Assembly: GCF_006345805.1 (NCBI RefSeq)
Contig: NC_043018.1
Coordinates: forward strand, 8,060,001 to 8,124,000
From: Octopus sinensis
Taxonomy: Eukaryota
Direction: 5' to 3'
DNA: 64,000 bases
The position numbers and the translations under genes were made by a program. The first letter of the stretch is position 1. Each line of letters begins with the position of its first letter. The notes beneath the pieces were generated by a model, which did no database searches, was not told where the DNA came from, and worked only from the letters and a program-made list of their open reading frames with translations. Shown one piece after another: positions 63,600 to 64,000 of the stretch.

Positions 63600-63978
63600 C
63601 TAGCAGTATCGCCCAGCGTTGCTCAGGTTTGTAAGAGAAATAACTATATAAGCATTTTTAGAGATGTAAAGTATAATAGCCATCTCAATATGGCTAACCA
63701 CAAAGGGGGGGTGTGACTGTAGCTTTTTACGTTCTGAGATTTAATAATAAATTTTTATATATGCCAAAAATGCATTAAAAATGGGAAAAATTGATGGTAA
63801 TTTTTTTTTTAAATCGTAGACTCATCGTAGACGCGCGCTAATACCCAGAAGGGCTCGATATGAATCACGACTATAAGATACCCGGTTTTGGTTAAACTGC
63901 ACCGCAAAATGTGGAAGTAGTTAGGAATCTAAATCGTAGGAGACAGACAGCACACAACCTCTCTTTTATATATAAAGA
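63600..63978 (-). mobile_element. Non-autonomous Helitron
   Basis: Same family; TC 5' end and CTAG 3' end. Confidence 0.87.
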
Positions 63979-64000
63979 TTATCTGTTTAACCCTTTCGTT

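Overview
AT-rich, repeat-saturated animal DNA. The SINE, Helitron, mariner and microsatellite content points to an octopus (coleoid cephalopod) genome; this is inferred from repeat recognition. Two plus-strand genes are supported by splice-phase-consistent exon chains. (1) The 3' 11 coding exons of the kinetochore gene NDC80/HEC1 (5805-27381); the calponin-homology exons lie upstream of the window. (2) A complete 8-exon family-1 uracil-DNA glycosylase gene, UNG (42884-62851), with an N-terminal PIP box. As assembled, UNG exon 2 is one base short at a C5 run, most likely an assembly indel. Introns and intergenic DNA hold several SINE families, CR1/RTE/R4-type LINE fragments, two decayed mariners, a decayed hAT-Buster transposase with matching MITEs, and autonomous-type and non-autonomous Helitrons. 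They also hold Penelope-like foldback elements, minisatellites and a ~2.45-kb (AT)n tract. The most notable non-genic signal is a well-formed type I hammerhead ribozyme on the NDC80 sense strand (12841-12926). Its inverted mirror copy is interrupted by a SINE, and two decayed hammerhead-like motifs occur elsewhere. Other leads: a 387-bp, ~60% GC insert bracketed by ~120-bp direct repeats, a head-to-tail Helitron trimer, and three Helitrons within 50 nt of splice donors. No wholly new biological system can be established from the sequence alone. TE boundaries are approximate unless TIR/TSD are quoted.
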